The notes beneath the pieces are model-generated. The model did not search any database and was not told where the DNA came from. It saw nothing but the letters and a program-made list of their open reading frames with translations. A program made the position numbers and the translations under genes. From Setoptus koraiensis (taxonomy: Eukaryota > Animalia > Arthropoda): a stretch of 64,000 nucleotides of DNA. The stretch is taken from contig CM106585.1 in assembly GCA_048013815.1 (NCBI GenBank), forward strand, positions 4,340,001 to 4,404,000, given 5' to 3'. Positions 33,456 to 47,300 of the stretch are shown here, in pieces (within the stretch, counting starts at the first letter, position 1; each line of letters starts with the position of its first letter).

Positions 33456-36400
33456 TCATTGAGGTGGGCCATTGGCTGGGCGTTGCATACTGATTGCAGT
33501 TCTCATGTAAATAGGTTGACCTCCTGATTGTGACACAGCCGGATGAATTGGACTAGAAAACACTTTGACATGCTCAAGTTTTGATTCCTCAGAAGAGTTG
33601 GTGTTCAGATATTTGTTCAATATGGAGAATATCTGCGAGTTTAGAACCTGAAATCGTCTAATTCTATCCACCATGCGCTTCAATGGGACACCTTTGACTA
33701 TCTCATCTTTTCCATCAACTCTCTGTACTTTCAAGAGATGATAACTGAAATCTAAAGCTTCGAATCTTTTCTGCTGGCCCAACAATGTAATCATGACACA
33801 GCCAGCCCAATTAAGGCCCTCCCCAAAAAGTTGTTCTATAGTAAATTCGCCATCCCCCACTGGAACACAATAAATAAATTGGAGTGCCGACCAGATTCGG
33901 TGAAATTCAATACATTCATCCACGTAAATAACCACAGGTGGATTTTGGCTGGATCCAATCCACACTGAGGCCTGGTCTCTATTTTCCAACATGAAACCTT
34001 TAATCTTGTTTAGAACTGCGTCAATAATAGATAAACCACAGCATAACCGTTCCGTTGTCAGTAAATCTCCCTCGTTAGCCAAATGGGCTTGCTCCTCAGT
34101 GCCAAAGTTCTGAATGTTTGTCAATACTTGCAAAGCAGCATACTTTTGCTCTAGACGTTTTATCTTATTATCGTGTCGCTCGCCATCTTTGCAGAAAGGC
34201 CTGGGCAAGATGTTTTGGAATGGTGCTGCCTGCAGCAAATCACAAACTTCCTCCTGAGATAGGCTGTGCTCGATTAACATACAGAAAAGTATAGCATTAC
34301 CAACTTCCCGAAACGATTGAAACATCTCGGTTTTGACATCAGGGTATTGAATCACCTCCTTCAACTGTGCTTGATAGTAGCCCAATACGCCAGTAGAACC
34401 GTAATCGTAAAGTGGTAATTTGCAAACTTTTGGCATGATATTTGTGAGGGTCTTACAATACTGTGTTATGTTCCCTTGTAGAAGAGACTTGATTATCTTT
34501 AACAAGTGATCTACAACAACTGCCACCCCTTGATATCCCAGCAATCTTGCCATGGCTCGCAAATGTGGCGTTCCTATGAAGTTAGAGTGCAGTGAATATA
34601 TCGCCGAATAAGCTATGTTCAAAGCTTTGATCCCGTATAGGTAGTATGGCGGTAATTGGGATAGTGTTGACAACTTATCTCGTGCATGAACGCTTTGATG
34701 TGGTGTAAGATTGGGAGCAAAGGGAGGCATCTTGACAAAACGATTTGTCGAAGAATTGTAGCAGTAAGTAGGCAAAAAAGAGAATGTCAGTTCACAAAAT
34801 ATGTGTAACGTTATTCTACCATATGGAGCAGATACGTTCCTGTTGGCCTCATGAAATAGTGAGTCAAATGGATCTAACAAGACATGCTTGCTCAATAACT
34901 TGTGGGCGTATCGGTTGACATCTATCAGACCTTCAAGTTCGATTATATCAGTTAAACTTCCCTCTTCAAATCTTGTAATAGCCAACTCCAAGCTTTTTAA
35001 CATTGAAGCATTGAGGCGCTGTGCAATCAATCGGTTGAGATCTATCGTTCTGCCCAAGAGCTGTAAATGTCGCTGGCTCAACAGTGTTCCATATCTATTA
35101 GCTTGGGGCCAATTAACTTTAATATTCATAGCCGCAGCTTCCGCTCTGAATCTTTTGTCTAAAAGTATGCTTCCGGCTAGGTGTTTGTAATAGGCATATA
35201 TCTGTTCACTGAGTTTGTAAACGAATTGATCGAAACAAAGATTCACCTCAGCTTCGACTTCATCGTATAAGAATTGCTTACAAAATTTAGTTAACGCACA
35301 ATGAGCACTGTCATTGTACAGATCCAAAGGGTACAATATACATTCTATCATGGCTGGATCTTTACTTTTGAGAATGTGATCCGTAAGTATTGAAGGAAGG
35401 GACATTTCAATGGGAAATTGTATTCTTCTTCCCATGGTCATTTCTAGATAATATTCGCGATACCATAGTTGAGATAAATCACAACATTCACGTAGTGTTT
35501 GGCTGAAGTTCAATAGATAAGGCCAGTAGAAGGAATCTTTTAAGAATTCTTCTATTGCGGCAAAAGATGGCCCGTCTATGTATTTTCTCAAAGTGCTTTT
35601 ATCACCATGTGCTTTGCCGCTAACTAGAGATTCTAGCATAGTTCTAACCATATATAGCTGAGTTGATGAAGGACCCACATTCCTTCTGGGTACTACAATT
35701 TGAAATTCTGATATAGCCGGTTTAGACAAATCTGATTTGTTCGCTTGATCAATTGGATCTTCAATGCCTTTCATCCAGTCTGCACAAGTACCTCGAACGC
35801 TTTTCAAGAACAACCTTATCATGTCATCCTTCTTCAGGATAGCCTTTCGAAGTGGTTCACGTAGGTCTATCTGAATAAAGTCTTGCAGTTTAGCGTAAAT
35901 TGACCTTTTTATAGCATCACTGAAAACAGTTTCCATTCTGTTCATGAGTACTTGCAAACCTTTGACCATAGCGATCAATTCTATCAGGGCAGATTTTTCT
36001 CCATCGTTATAGTTGTAGCGCGTGGCGCGCTCGTATTCTTCTGCGTCTTGGGGACACTGGTGATTTTGATGATGATCGGTGGGATGCATGAGTTTCCATG
36101 AATATAGTTCTGTCACATGACTTGTCCAATCTGATAGTAAACGCAAACCCTGCAAGGCAAGTTCCAAGAGTTGTCGATTTTCAGCGTCAGTTCGTGAGGT
36201 TTCTTTTATGATGATTGTGGCTTCATTTGAATGCCGACTCAATTCCGATATGTAGATAACATACTTCTCTCTTATTTTAGGTAGATATTCTTGTATTTCA
36301 GCTTGAGAAGATGATGTTGAGCTATTAGAACAGAGGGGCCATTTTTGTGGATCAAAGTTGACCATTTTTTTGATGTACGTTACAAATGGCGCAATTTGCA

Positions 36401-37619
36401 TATCCCCGAATAGAGGTACCATCTCCAAGTCTTTGAATATTTTATCTATCCTGGCGAGGTTAACTTTTCTCTTGACATCCAGCTTGTTTAAATCACAAGT
36501 TTTACCATCTATCAGAAATAGACTGAATCCGAGTACATTAACAAGCTTGTGCTTCTCAGATGGTAGAATATATTTTTCCTCCTCATACATGGTTAAACAT
36601 TGATTGACAATACGGCATAAAAGTCCCTCGAAACCAGGTATATTCTCCAACGATTCTTTCAGAGTGTCCCTTATTTTATTTTGGACTGCGAGGAACATAG
36701 ATAAATTCTGTGACTCTTGGAGTGATTGTGAGTCGGAAAGCACTTTGAGAAATTGTGCCGCTCTACGGTATGCTGCGTAGTCATTCTTTACCGAGGATTT
36801 GTTGTTTTTGAGTTCATCCAAAACAGCAAACATGTTGATGAAGCTTGCTAATGTCATAAGATAAGTTTCAGATGCAAACTCTGGGGCAGAAGATTTCTGC
36901 GATCGTTTGAGAGTTGCCATGGAAGCAGAACTTTCTAGTGGGTGACCAGCTTGACCATTTGCTGCTGAGAGAGATACCGCAGCGGATGAGTGCCTCGCCA
37001 TCAGATTATTCCCTCCTGATCCAGGTGACAAGCACAGACGTTTTACTTCATGGCAGAACTTTTCAACAGCTTGACCTTGGAAATACATAAATGCAAGTAA
37101 TTTGTTGACCTCTGGATTGAGAACCTCTACGGTTTTCTCATATATTTCTATCTTATTGGGTTGTTCTGATTTAGGTAGCGGTATGGATCTTGAACAACAT
37201 CTCCATGTGTATAAATTGATGGCATGGCGCTCACCCTCTTCAAGCATGCGGTTCATATTGGCTTGAACAGTGGCTTCTTCATTGCACTTGGCATCACAAC
37301 GAGCGAACGCTTTACGGTCCTCAAAATTCATGTCATAGTTAACATGATAGATGATGGACGAAGAGACTCCTTGGACACATCTGAAGCATACGGATCATAG
37401 AATCAAGTTGTTAGATAAAGTTGTCAACTTAAAAAACGGTTGCCATAGAGGCATGGTTGTTGCCATAATTGCTTTTCTATGTTATACTTACGGAACATCG
37501 TCCAACAGAATGACCTCATCGAGAACATCGACATTACTAATAGCGTCAGCTAATGTGACTTTGTCGGCAGCTTGGCGCGTTTGCTGATTTGGAATTTGTT
37601 GCAACGAGATGGCCGCCAT
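33456..37619 (-). CDS. CYFIP: Cytoplasmic FMR1-interacting protein (CYFIP/Sra-1); exons 37619-37492 and 37380-33456, one 111-nt intron
   Basis: Exon 1 VTLADAISNVDVLDEVILLDDVP joins CVQGVSSSIIYHVNYDMNFEDR through CC|GTAAGT...TTCAG|A. Motifs include YTWRCCSRSIP, VPLFGDMQI, YERATRYNY, LSQLWYREYYLE and FGEGLNWAGC. Confidence 0.97.
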
Positions 37620-38407
37620 AATTTTATATAATGAGATTTAAAAATCTTGAGCGACAATCTTAGTGACAATATAATCAGGCTGAATATGTTGTTGGCTTGA
37701 GATGAGTTGAATTGTTGTTATGAAGGTGCAAACTCAGACCTTTATCCTGAGAGCGATATTTTGAACATCAGCAATAGTGTTATCTGAAATTGGTGAAACT
37801 TCACCGTCTCCTCATGAAATCAAATTTTATTAGTATTGCTCATCTTAATGGTGTTTAGTTTGTGTGTTGTCATAATTGGACAGAATTCATATGTCACGAA
37901 TGATGATGTTTGTGGGGTGTAAATAAGCGATCATGTTTCTATTCACGGTAATTGTAGCAACAATAATTATTGGGTGTCCAAAATAAATAGACCTGAGGCT
38001 AGTAATGCTACGATACCGATCAAAATATTTGTAGAGCATTGTGAAGCGTAAGGGTGCACAGAATGTACACTCAAGCGCTCAGTGAGCAATCTCCACCACG
38101 AAATCAGTTACGGCTCTTTGGCAGATTCATCAGGGCGAACCCATCGCACGCCCGATACCGTTTCACATTATGTGCTTCTGTGCGGAACAGGCTAGATTTT
38201 AGATTGCACACTTGATTTGGACACCCTGTATATCGAATTTGCACATAACGCAGATTGACCGGTGCACGAGCGCCATTTTTGAAGAGTCAACAAGAGAAAA
38301 ATCAGATTGTAACCATCATGCACATGTGTAAATGAAAGGATAGATCAAAACGAATGAAAACCATATATTATTATTAATTCTTTCCATATTTAGGGTTTGA
38401 TTGGATA

Positions 38408-39519
38408 TCATTTTGCCCGTTGACTTGTGTCAATGGCTCTCAAACCGAACCAGGAGATCATCCTGTAAATGGATTCCGGGACAAATGTCTGGGTGGACCA
38501 GAGTTGTATTCCGTGCGACCAATAACCAGTGGTATTGTTGCTACGACCAATTGTTGCTATTGCAGATTTAGCAAATGTATCACTACTTGGTGTGAAAATG
38601 TTAGCCGAACTGAGAGCCTTGCTCCAATTGACCATCTTGGTGGCTATATAAGATGGTGTTAACGTTTGGACATCTATGCCATATTGTTTGTATTCATACT
38701 CTAATGATGAACTGAAAAACTCGACAAACTTCTTTGATGCAGCATAAACACCCATATTAGGCATCGGCATCATCGCTGCCATCGATGACATATTAATGAT
38801 GAGGCCACGCTTTCGGTGGCACATTCCTGGTAAGACACAGCGTGTGATCATGAGCACACCAGCCATATTAACTGTACAATGTTGCCACAAAGATGACTCT
38901 GGCTGGTCCAAGAATCTATTGGGGGATGGTAGCATAACGCCTGCATTGTTAAATAATATTCCGATGTCTCTTTCCATGCCTTTTAGTTGACTGGCGATGT
39001 CCTTGTATGTTTGCGACGTGGCCGAGGACAGATCGGCACAAATTAACACAATCTGATCATCGGGGAGCAATCTTCTAAGTTCACTTTTAACTTTATCAAG
39101 CTTTTCTTGATTTCTTCCTAACAATATGAGTGAATGGCCTCTACGGGCAAATTGTTTTGCATAACTCAAACCGACACCATCAGTGGCTCCGGTAATCATA
39201 ACCCATTGTCCGTATTTCTTCTTGAGGTCAAGCGACCATAGACGCGACCACACGTGAACTCGTAAACCTAACAAATTATCATGGATGAAGAGATATTAAG
39301 ATAAGAATTTGTTTCTTTGGCTTATACTTACATCGACTTATTATATCTATTGTTGTCATCAGCGTTTTTTGTGCTGACAGTCGGCTCACCTGAGAATAAT
39401 AATGTGAACAATCCCAAAAACCTCTTTGAAAACCATAAGAAACCTATCAATGTGAACGTGTCCACTGCAAATTTAAGATCTGGATCTATTTGTCTTACTA
39501 GTCCGAATAGGTACCCCAT
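38408..39519 (-). CDS. SDR oxidoreductase of the HSD17B12 (3-ketoacyl-CoA reductase)/HSDL1 type; exons 39519-39390 and 39267-38408, 122-nt intron
   Basis: YGQWVMITGATDGVG Rossmann motif, LFNNAGV, catalytic YAASK, and a hydrophobic N-terminus. Splice sites TCAG|GTGAGC and TTAG|GT, phase 1. An alternative in-frame ATG lies at 39561. Confidence 0.92.
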
Positions 39520-40916
39520 GACTGCCCAATTGTGACGTACTCGTTGCGGTACAGGTAACATGACTGAGTGAATTTGCAGACAACAAATGTCTTATATAGA
39601 ATATAAATAATAGTGGCTGTAGTAATAATAATTCTCGCGCTGATGAAAACAACAGAAAACTGTTAGGCGTGTGATGCTGTGTATTGAGAGTTGTTTCTGT
39701 AGACTTTTGCTCTATGGCTTTCTCTTCTTATTTTTCTCTTTGTCCTTGCTTCACACTAATTCGACACTGCCCACTATGAAAATGAAAATGTTTTATTGGA
39801 CAGGACAAACTGCAAAATTTCCACCTTGTTCCAACTGATGCTGCTGCGACCGCTTTACATGCTTTCTGTCTACGTAGCCAGCGCAATTACATACAAGTTT
39901 CGAAGAAATGTTTGTGTCAGTTTGGCGAATTCTTTCTTGTCATTCTAAGCAAACACTTGCCGGTCTCTCTCTTTCTCTCTTTCGCCTTCTCTGAGTTGTT
40001 GCTACTATAACTTGCTCTCGTATGGTCGTTGGCAGTGTGAGTGGCTAGCCAAACCAGATACTACGCAGTTGCACATGAAAGTTTGCAATGTAATCACAGT
40101 ACAGTCATTTGCTGCTGGTGTTAGTGGAAATTCGAAATATACTAGTAACTATACTTACATTTACATGTATAAGTGAAAGTTGTTTGCCGACTGCTTTCTT
40201 CACCATAACTACCACCACTACTACTTATACCACTAATGGCAGATTGCTTATTTATTGTGCTTAGGTCAAGTGATGCTCTTGATAGTGTTACCTAAACGTT
40301 ATTTTTGCCACCAACTCGTAAGAATAGTCTCTGGACTAGTTAGACTCAACAGTGTAACAGTGGCGTTTAATTGGTGTGACTAATTGTTCAATGGCAACGT
40401 GCCAGTTGGGCCTTCAAAAAATATCTGGGAGAACAACAACAAAAGTAATTTGAATATAATACGTACAGTCATTAATTGTTTATGCGGTAATTGACACTAG
40501 TTGCCAGACATGAACAACAACAGCTAATTTTTATCAGCACACAATCACGGCGGAAAGAACGGAAGTTGAGGCAAACAAGATTCGATTGTTTGTGTTCTGT
40601 CAATGTGTTTGTAAACATTAACCGGCATTTACACGGTTTCAATCAACAATAGACGAAACATAATAAACAGCTGGCGCATGCATGTCATACTGATAACTGA
40701 CAACTGTTCGTGTATCACACCAACAGTTACGTAACAAGTGTTAGTTAGTCACAGCAAGACATTATTGCAAATTGAATAATGGCACAGTGTGACACACAGT
40801 ATTATTCTGATTTAGATAGATTCGTTTGCCTTGTGTTTTTAGTTGTTCTTATCGAGACAATGATGCCGCTGATTATACGTTCCGATTATCAATTTTCGGT
40901 TTCGCTAAGGCCTATC

Positions 40917-41363
40917 TCAATCGGAACTGGGAAATGAAGAAGATGAAAAGATCAACCATTTTCCTGCGCAACAGAGAGAATCTTTGGACCTTATTGAATG
41001 AGTTGAATGAGCAAGGCTGAGAAATAACAAATATGGTAGAAAAATAACAGGGTTTGACAATTTGTTCTCAGAATGCACTGTCGAGCATTGTTCACAAATA
41101 GGCGCGTCATCAAATGTGCGGTGTCGCATGCAGTAATTGTTGAAATTCTTTCTCGTTCTTAGACATTCGAAGAAATATCTTTCTTCTATTTCACTTGCAT
41201 AAACTTCACCTAACCAGTGGGCTAATGCTTGTCGCCTAGGAAATACTTTCCAACAATTACATTGTGCGCTCTTAAATTGTTTGTCCACAACAATCAAATT
41301 CATATTTTCGATGTTTTCCAACTCTTTTAGTTGATGGCTCGTCTGCAAAGCGAACTTGCTCAC
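40917..41363 (-). CDS. Possible exon or pseudogene fragment with a B-box-like Cys/His cluster
   Basis: 148-codon open frame containing C-LRTRKNFNNY-C-MR-H-RTFDDAPI-C-EQ-C-STV-H; acceptor-like CTTTGCAG near its start; no ATG-based gene model. Confidence 0.25.
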   Translation of the reverse strand: MSKFALQTSHQLKELENIENMNLIVVDKQFKSAQCNCWKVFPRRQALAHWLGEVYASEIEERYFFECLRTRKNFNNYCMRHRTFDDAPICEQCSTVHSENKLSNPVIFLPYLLFLSLAHSTHSIRSKDSLCCAGKWLIFSSSSFPSSD

Positions 41364-44300
41364 TCAATCACTGGTGAATCAATTTCATAAATCAAACATT
41401 TTGTTCGAGCATCGTAAAACGTACGCCGTTTAACTGTTTCCGCTAATCAATTAGAACTTTCCAATCTGTATTAATCATTGTTTGCTTATATTGAACCTCG
41501 CAAGGTAGCTTTGTGTTGGTGAGCTGTTGTTTGAGCGCGCATTTGTGAACCTGAGAGGGAGCATCGATAAATATTGCCTGGCAAGATGTCCAGTTTAGAC
41601 AAGTCGTCAAGAGACACCACCTGACGCTGGGCACTGGGCAACGGCATGACCATAAAGTATGTAAATGTGAGAAAAAATCAAGATCCCGTCACATGAAACG
41701 ACCTTTGTCGTAGGCTCATGCTACTACTGCCCAACAAAAGACCGATGGCAATCAATTTCTTCTTTCATAAATTTACATACTCTGCTAACGTTTCTTGTGA
41801 GTCTTATCATTGTGCAGTAAATTTGTGGCAAAGTCAACATGAACCATCATCGTGATCCTGTTAGCTTGGTGTGATGTTTGAAAAATTTGCCTAATTCCTT
41901 TGAAGCTTCCAACAAACATTCAACTCTACGCGTGATATTACCGATAAGTCATCATGAACTGCTTGTAAGATTACAGCCCTTACAATAATAAATTGTATAG
42001 CGGATCTGCTAGAACTATGCTGTACTATACCGATTGGACAGTTTTTGCTTTATCATCGACATTTACAATAGTGTACTATCTCACTCGCACACAACTACAA
42101 AGACGTTGGATTTTTACAGTGATTTCGATGTTTAATTAATCGGCGCTAGCGTCAAATTTATATGTAAATATAGATAGTTATTTTTCTTCTTCATAGGTGG
42201 TAAGGCATATTCCTTCCTGGTCTAGGGATAATGAGACGTTATCTAATAAAAAGCGGGGAGGGTTCTTTCCCTTTGTCAATATTGCTAGTCATTGATCGTC
42301 GTCGTCGTCGCCGTCGCCGCCGGTATAGTTCCAGTGCTCATGTGAGAGTGTTTTATTGTGTTATGTTATGCTAGTCAACTAGTAATAATTATTAGCAAGC
42401 CATACTACGTAGTGTAATAAGAGGTAGAATAAGAAGTTTACCACCAGAGAGACACAACTTAGGCAGAGGGAGTAGCAGATAAGACAGAATACACAAAATA
42501 ATAATCACTTGTTGCTAATAAGTGCGTTATATGGCTAATATATTTTTACCGTTATATACTGCACTCAAGTGTATATTGTATTATATTGTCATTTGGATTG
42601 TATTGTATTGTGTGCGTCTTCTTCTCTCGATCTTCGGCTTGTTTTTATCGCTATATGTGCTGGCTCGGCTAGGATTGGCTTGGCTTGATTGGTTCTTTTG
42701 AGCACTGTTTCGTCACACAATCATAATGATAAGAAATGATTTTGGCCAGTAAGTAGTTTTTGTATTGTATTACGTGAATAATGCACACTCATTTTTACCT
42801 AAATGGACTTGGTAACTTCGTCAATTGTAGCATGATGTTAGATGATTAAGCGTTCGCTCGCTTTTTTGTTTGTTTGTCTGTTTGTTGATGTGTGTGTGCC
42901 TTCCCTCCTGGGCAATCAAGAAAGACCTTGATAAAATTTTCTTAAAGCTTCACATCTCATCTAATCTATCACACTCACAAGCATACACACAACTGCCACC
43001 ACAATCATCACCACCACCGTCACTACCACCAAGAACAACATCGATGACGTAGATCGACGGACAAGACTAGAGAAGTAGTGGTTGTAAAATCACTATTAGT
43101 TCAAATGTCGTTTCTCGAATAGCTCTCGCCACCAATTGTGTTGTACCTGCTTTTCACTCTCACTTGTTACGCTCGTTCTTGTTCACTAGAAGTCAAGTCT
43201 GGACTAAAAAGAACCGATTGTACGGCAAACCTAAAACGCGAGAGAGCAAGATTATTAACCCTTAGGTGTTCCCACCGACGATCGAATCATTCCTTTCCGA
43301 TTAGGTTGTTGTTGGTGGTAGCAACAACTTTAAATGTCAACCTGCTCATTGATTAGCGAAACTGTTCCATCTTGTACTATCAGCTCGATGCATACATATA
43401 CATGTATATATAGATTGAGTCTTTGTGTTCACAACAAACTTAGTTCCTTTGCTAACATTGCGGTGATGGCCAATTGACTGCACAATTCTAGCTAGATTTA
43501 TAGCTACAACTACAAAAACAACCACCACCACTAACATTGCTACTAACTAATACCACTGGCATTGCTGCCAGCCGAGACCAAACAAACTAGCTCAAAACTA
43601 CGGACTGATGGCGATTTCAGTAACTGAGCAAATTAAATCAATAAAAGAAGAGTATAGAATAGAAGAATGTTGTCCTTCGCTTTTCGTCGCCTTCACCTTA
43701 GCACATGACGATGATTATGATAGTTGTCAATATCGGATGTCGTTTCTCTCGTTATGCCAGAATTAAAATACTGGAGAATTTGCTGTTGCCACTGTTGTTG
43801 CTATTGCTACGAGAAAGAAGAGAAAACTGGCCAACACTACGACGGTTAGTTTGTGTATGTGTATATATTAAAGAATAAGACAGCAATGATCGAGCAAGAT
43901 CCACCGACCCAAATTCTTTGGCAAGCGAAACTATTGGTTCCTTTTCCCTAGAGAGAGAGAGAGAGAGAGTGAAAGATGCTGATCTTGTTTGTCCATCCAT
44001 ATCTATGAAATCTTGTTGTAAGTAAGTAGTATATAAGAGTTAGGTGGCAGAGTTGAATGGCCAAACATGTTGCTTATCGTATATGTATATATATATATAT
44101 ATATATATACGAAATACAAATATATATAATATATATATTTGTATTTGTATGAACTATGTGACTGGTGCTCATCCACTTATTTACTTATTTTTACTGTTTT
44201 CTTTCTGCCATTTATTCACTTACTTATATTAGTCGTTGTTGGTGTACCTACAACAGCAACCGTTACAACAAGCAACTAATCCTGTATATGAGCACATTAA

Positions 44301-47300
44301 ACATTACATAATGACATAACATGGTGCCTTATGATGATGATGGCGATTATGTAATACTTTCTTTCTCCTTGTTACTTATCTCTTTCTAAACCTTCGTATT
44401 GCCTCAACTTCACCCCGTCTCATACTCTCTGGCTCAGCCTTACCAGGCATGTTTGAATACACAGCTACTCATTCATGCCGGCTTTCTTTAGGATATCCCT
44501 GTCTTTGTGCAATGAGATACAAAAAGAGACGAAAAATAGAACAATGATTGCTGCTGATCTGAGTTATTGTAATGAGTGGAGAACACTGACAGATGTTGAG
44601 CACAAACAACAATCTAACTGTCAATGTATAATGCTATCATCGTAATTGTCACCAATGAATTGCCCACCATGAAGTCGATCAACAATGTCTCTTTACTGCT
44701 AATCTTGTGGTATTGCCACAGTGGCAAGCATAACTGGTTGCACTAATTGCCTCTGAACAACAACAAAGGAAGTGTTGCATTTTGAGGTAATGATTCTAAA
44801 AGGAGTGCAGATTGAAAATCTTTATATGATCGGATGAGGCACCACATTGTGAGTCTAGTGACGCCTTCTATTTCCGGCGAGCACGTCCATCTCACCTGGA
44901 GGACTTTTTTTGAGGATCCTCTCGTTATGCAAGGATCAAACTTCCGGCGCACATAGGCCTCACCTATACAAAAGATTTTCGTAAGAACTATTATGAACGA
45001 CCTCGAGATTTGGAAGGCGAAATTTTGCTCTAGCCGCAAATTGTACAGTTGCAGGGCTGATCGCTAGGGGAGCTTTTCGATTGCACATGCACATTTGGAT
45101 TATTTCGGTGTTGTTTTCATCACCTGACCGAGGGGTGGCGCTTGCAGCGTTGCACAAGCGATTTCTGACTCAACTAGATAACCTTTAATTTCAGACAAAA
45201 GATTAATCAATCAAGATTTTAAACGATCAAAGGGTTCTCTGTTGGTTGCCAATTACTTAATACTGAAACGCATGAGACAGTTTTTAGACCTTCATACAGT
45301 ATTAATAGCAAGCACCGCTATTATGTGAGTTTGTGCTAACTTAAAAGGATGTGATATTAACGAGGGCAACTTTTCTTTACTATCAAGGTTGGGCTGTCTT
45401 GTTGCGAGGCCAGCTTTCTGTGAACTAGATAAAAATCCAATAATTCCATTGCTTCAACATCCACTTCATACTACTAACTAATCACCTGTTATATACCGGT
45501 AGTATATGCAGATATGTGCTCTATTGGTGGTATGAAAAATGTCGTAGTGAAAGGTAAAATCCGTGAATTGATAGATCACCATGGAATAGACAAATTACTC
45601 AACCAACTGGCGGTGAATTCTTGTTGCTTCAGAGCGCAAAGGCATTACTACACTACGTAAATGGAGTTAACATTGTATTACACTAGCTAAAAATAATACT
45701 AACAAAACGGATATGAAAGCAAGGAAGGCGTCGCGATTAACATGTCAAAATAATTAGGCAAAGAGATTTGTCTTGTTCAATTATCAACATAGTTGCTAGT
45801 CATACAGCAGTTGCCATTATACAAATTACATCTCAAGCCCATGATGCTGTTGCACATTTTAACCACATAGTCAAGGTGTCTGGCAACGATTATAGTCTAG
45901 AAATTCCGTGAAAACATCCGCCAGCAACGTTCGGTTGCTGTTATTTCTGCATCTTAAATTTACCCATGCTTCAATTATCGATACGAGAAGTTCATAATAA
46001 TTGATATTGGCTAACCAATTAATTAAAGATGCGCGACTTAATCATGGAAGTCATTTAAGCTGTTGTTGTCTTTTTTTTTCTCGCGCAATAGCATTTTATT
46101 TATATGCTAACTATGCTAGATAATATGAGATGAAAGTGTTTATTTGCTAAATCACTGCTTGTTACTGAGCTCAATTAACTACGGCAGCAACAACAACAGC
46201 ACTCCTTGTTCTTAATAGATTTCGTTTGTGTCGCGCTTCCCAATCATCACGGGAACATGTTATTATGATTCGATGTGAATGAGAGTTCCTATAATTTCAT
46301 TATTATGAAGTCGATTTCGATTTTTTTCAACAACGCAAAAAGATTCGATCAGAATATACACAACAGGTGACAACCACACAACCGGCTATCTCGCTGAGAA
46401 ATCTCCCGAGATCTATCTAGTTTAACAAGTGCTATTTTGATGAGCATCAAAACGATAGATTTCGGCAACAGGTTCTACGTTTGATGCTTCAAAGGATTAA
46501 CGACTTCGAGCAAGTTGGTAGAAAAGAATCTTTTCACTTATTTTTATACTATAAAGTTATCCCAGTATACCAATTGTGTCGACATACAGGTAATATATGA
46601 CATTAGGCAAGAACGTGATACAACCACTGCAACTCTGTGATGGCATATTGCAATCTTTACTGCTGCACAAGTTTCATAATTATATATAATTAAGTTTGCT
46701 TTTTTCTCTTAGATTTGTGTGACGAACCACAAATACAATTGAGTGAATATGGTTTCTACCTCCGAACTAAGTTTGATTTATATTTGAACAAGAACACCGT
46801 TCCATCGGTTTATACAGAGCTGTGACATCTTTCCATCTTTTTACGTTTATCAGCAACATGAAACGTGTTAGTCCAATAAATAAACCCCAGGCAACACATA
46901 ATTTGTTTGTTGTTTGTATTTACCCAGCGAAGACCAATTACGCTACTATAAGCAAACTTGTGATGTAGTAATTTAGTGGCTATACAATGAACAATGCTGG
47001 GCCTATGTCACATGATGACGACAACAACTACAAGTTGAATCAAAATTGGTCCACTGTTATGGGTAAAGTCCGGTATATTTTATCCGTTTATTGCCGAGCT
47101 ATTATCATCTTCATGAATCTTGATTGTTTTTTTTTCTCTCTTTCATTTGTGATTGTGACGTAGTAATTGGCGTAGGAAACAATTAACATGCTACCCCCGA
47201 TAGAATCAACAGCCTTCAACTTGAACCGACTAAGACTTATTTGCGAACAATCATCGTGCCTCTGCCATATTATCTCATTGTTGCTCTCTGACAATTTGCA

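Noticed and set aside
44430-44485. CCTTACCAGGCA resembling miR-8-5p within a weak hairpin
   Set aside because: The opposite arm has no match to mature miR-8-3p.
44743-45160. GC-elevated patch with 65-98 aa frames and a GTGAGG donor
   Set aside because: No recognisable product or consistent gene model.
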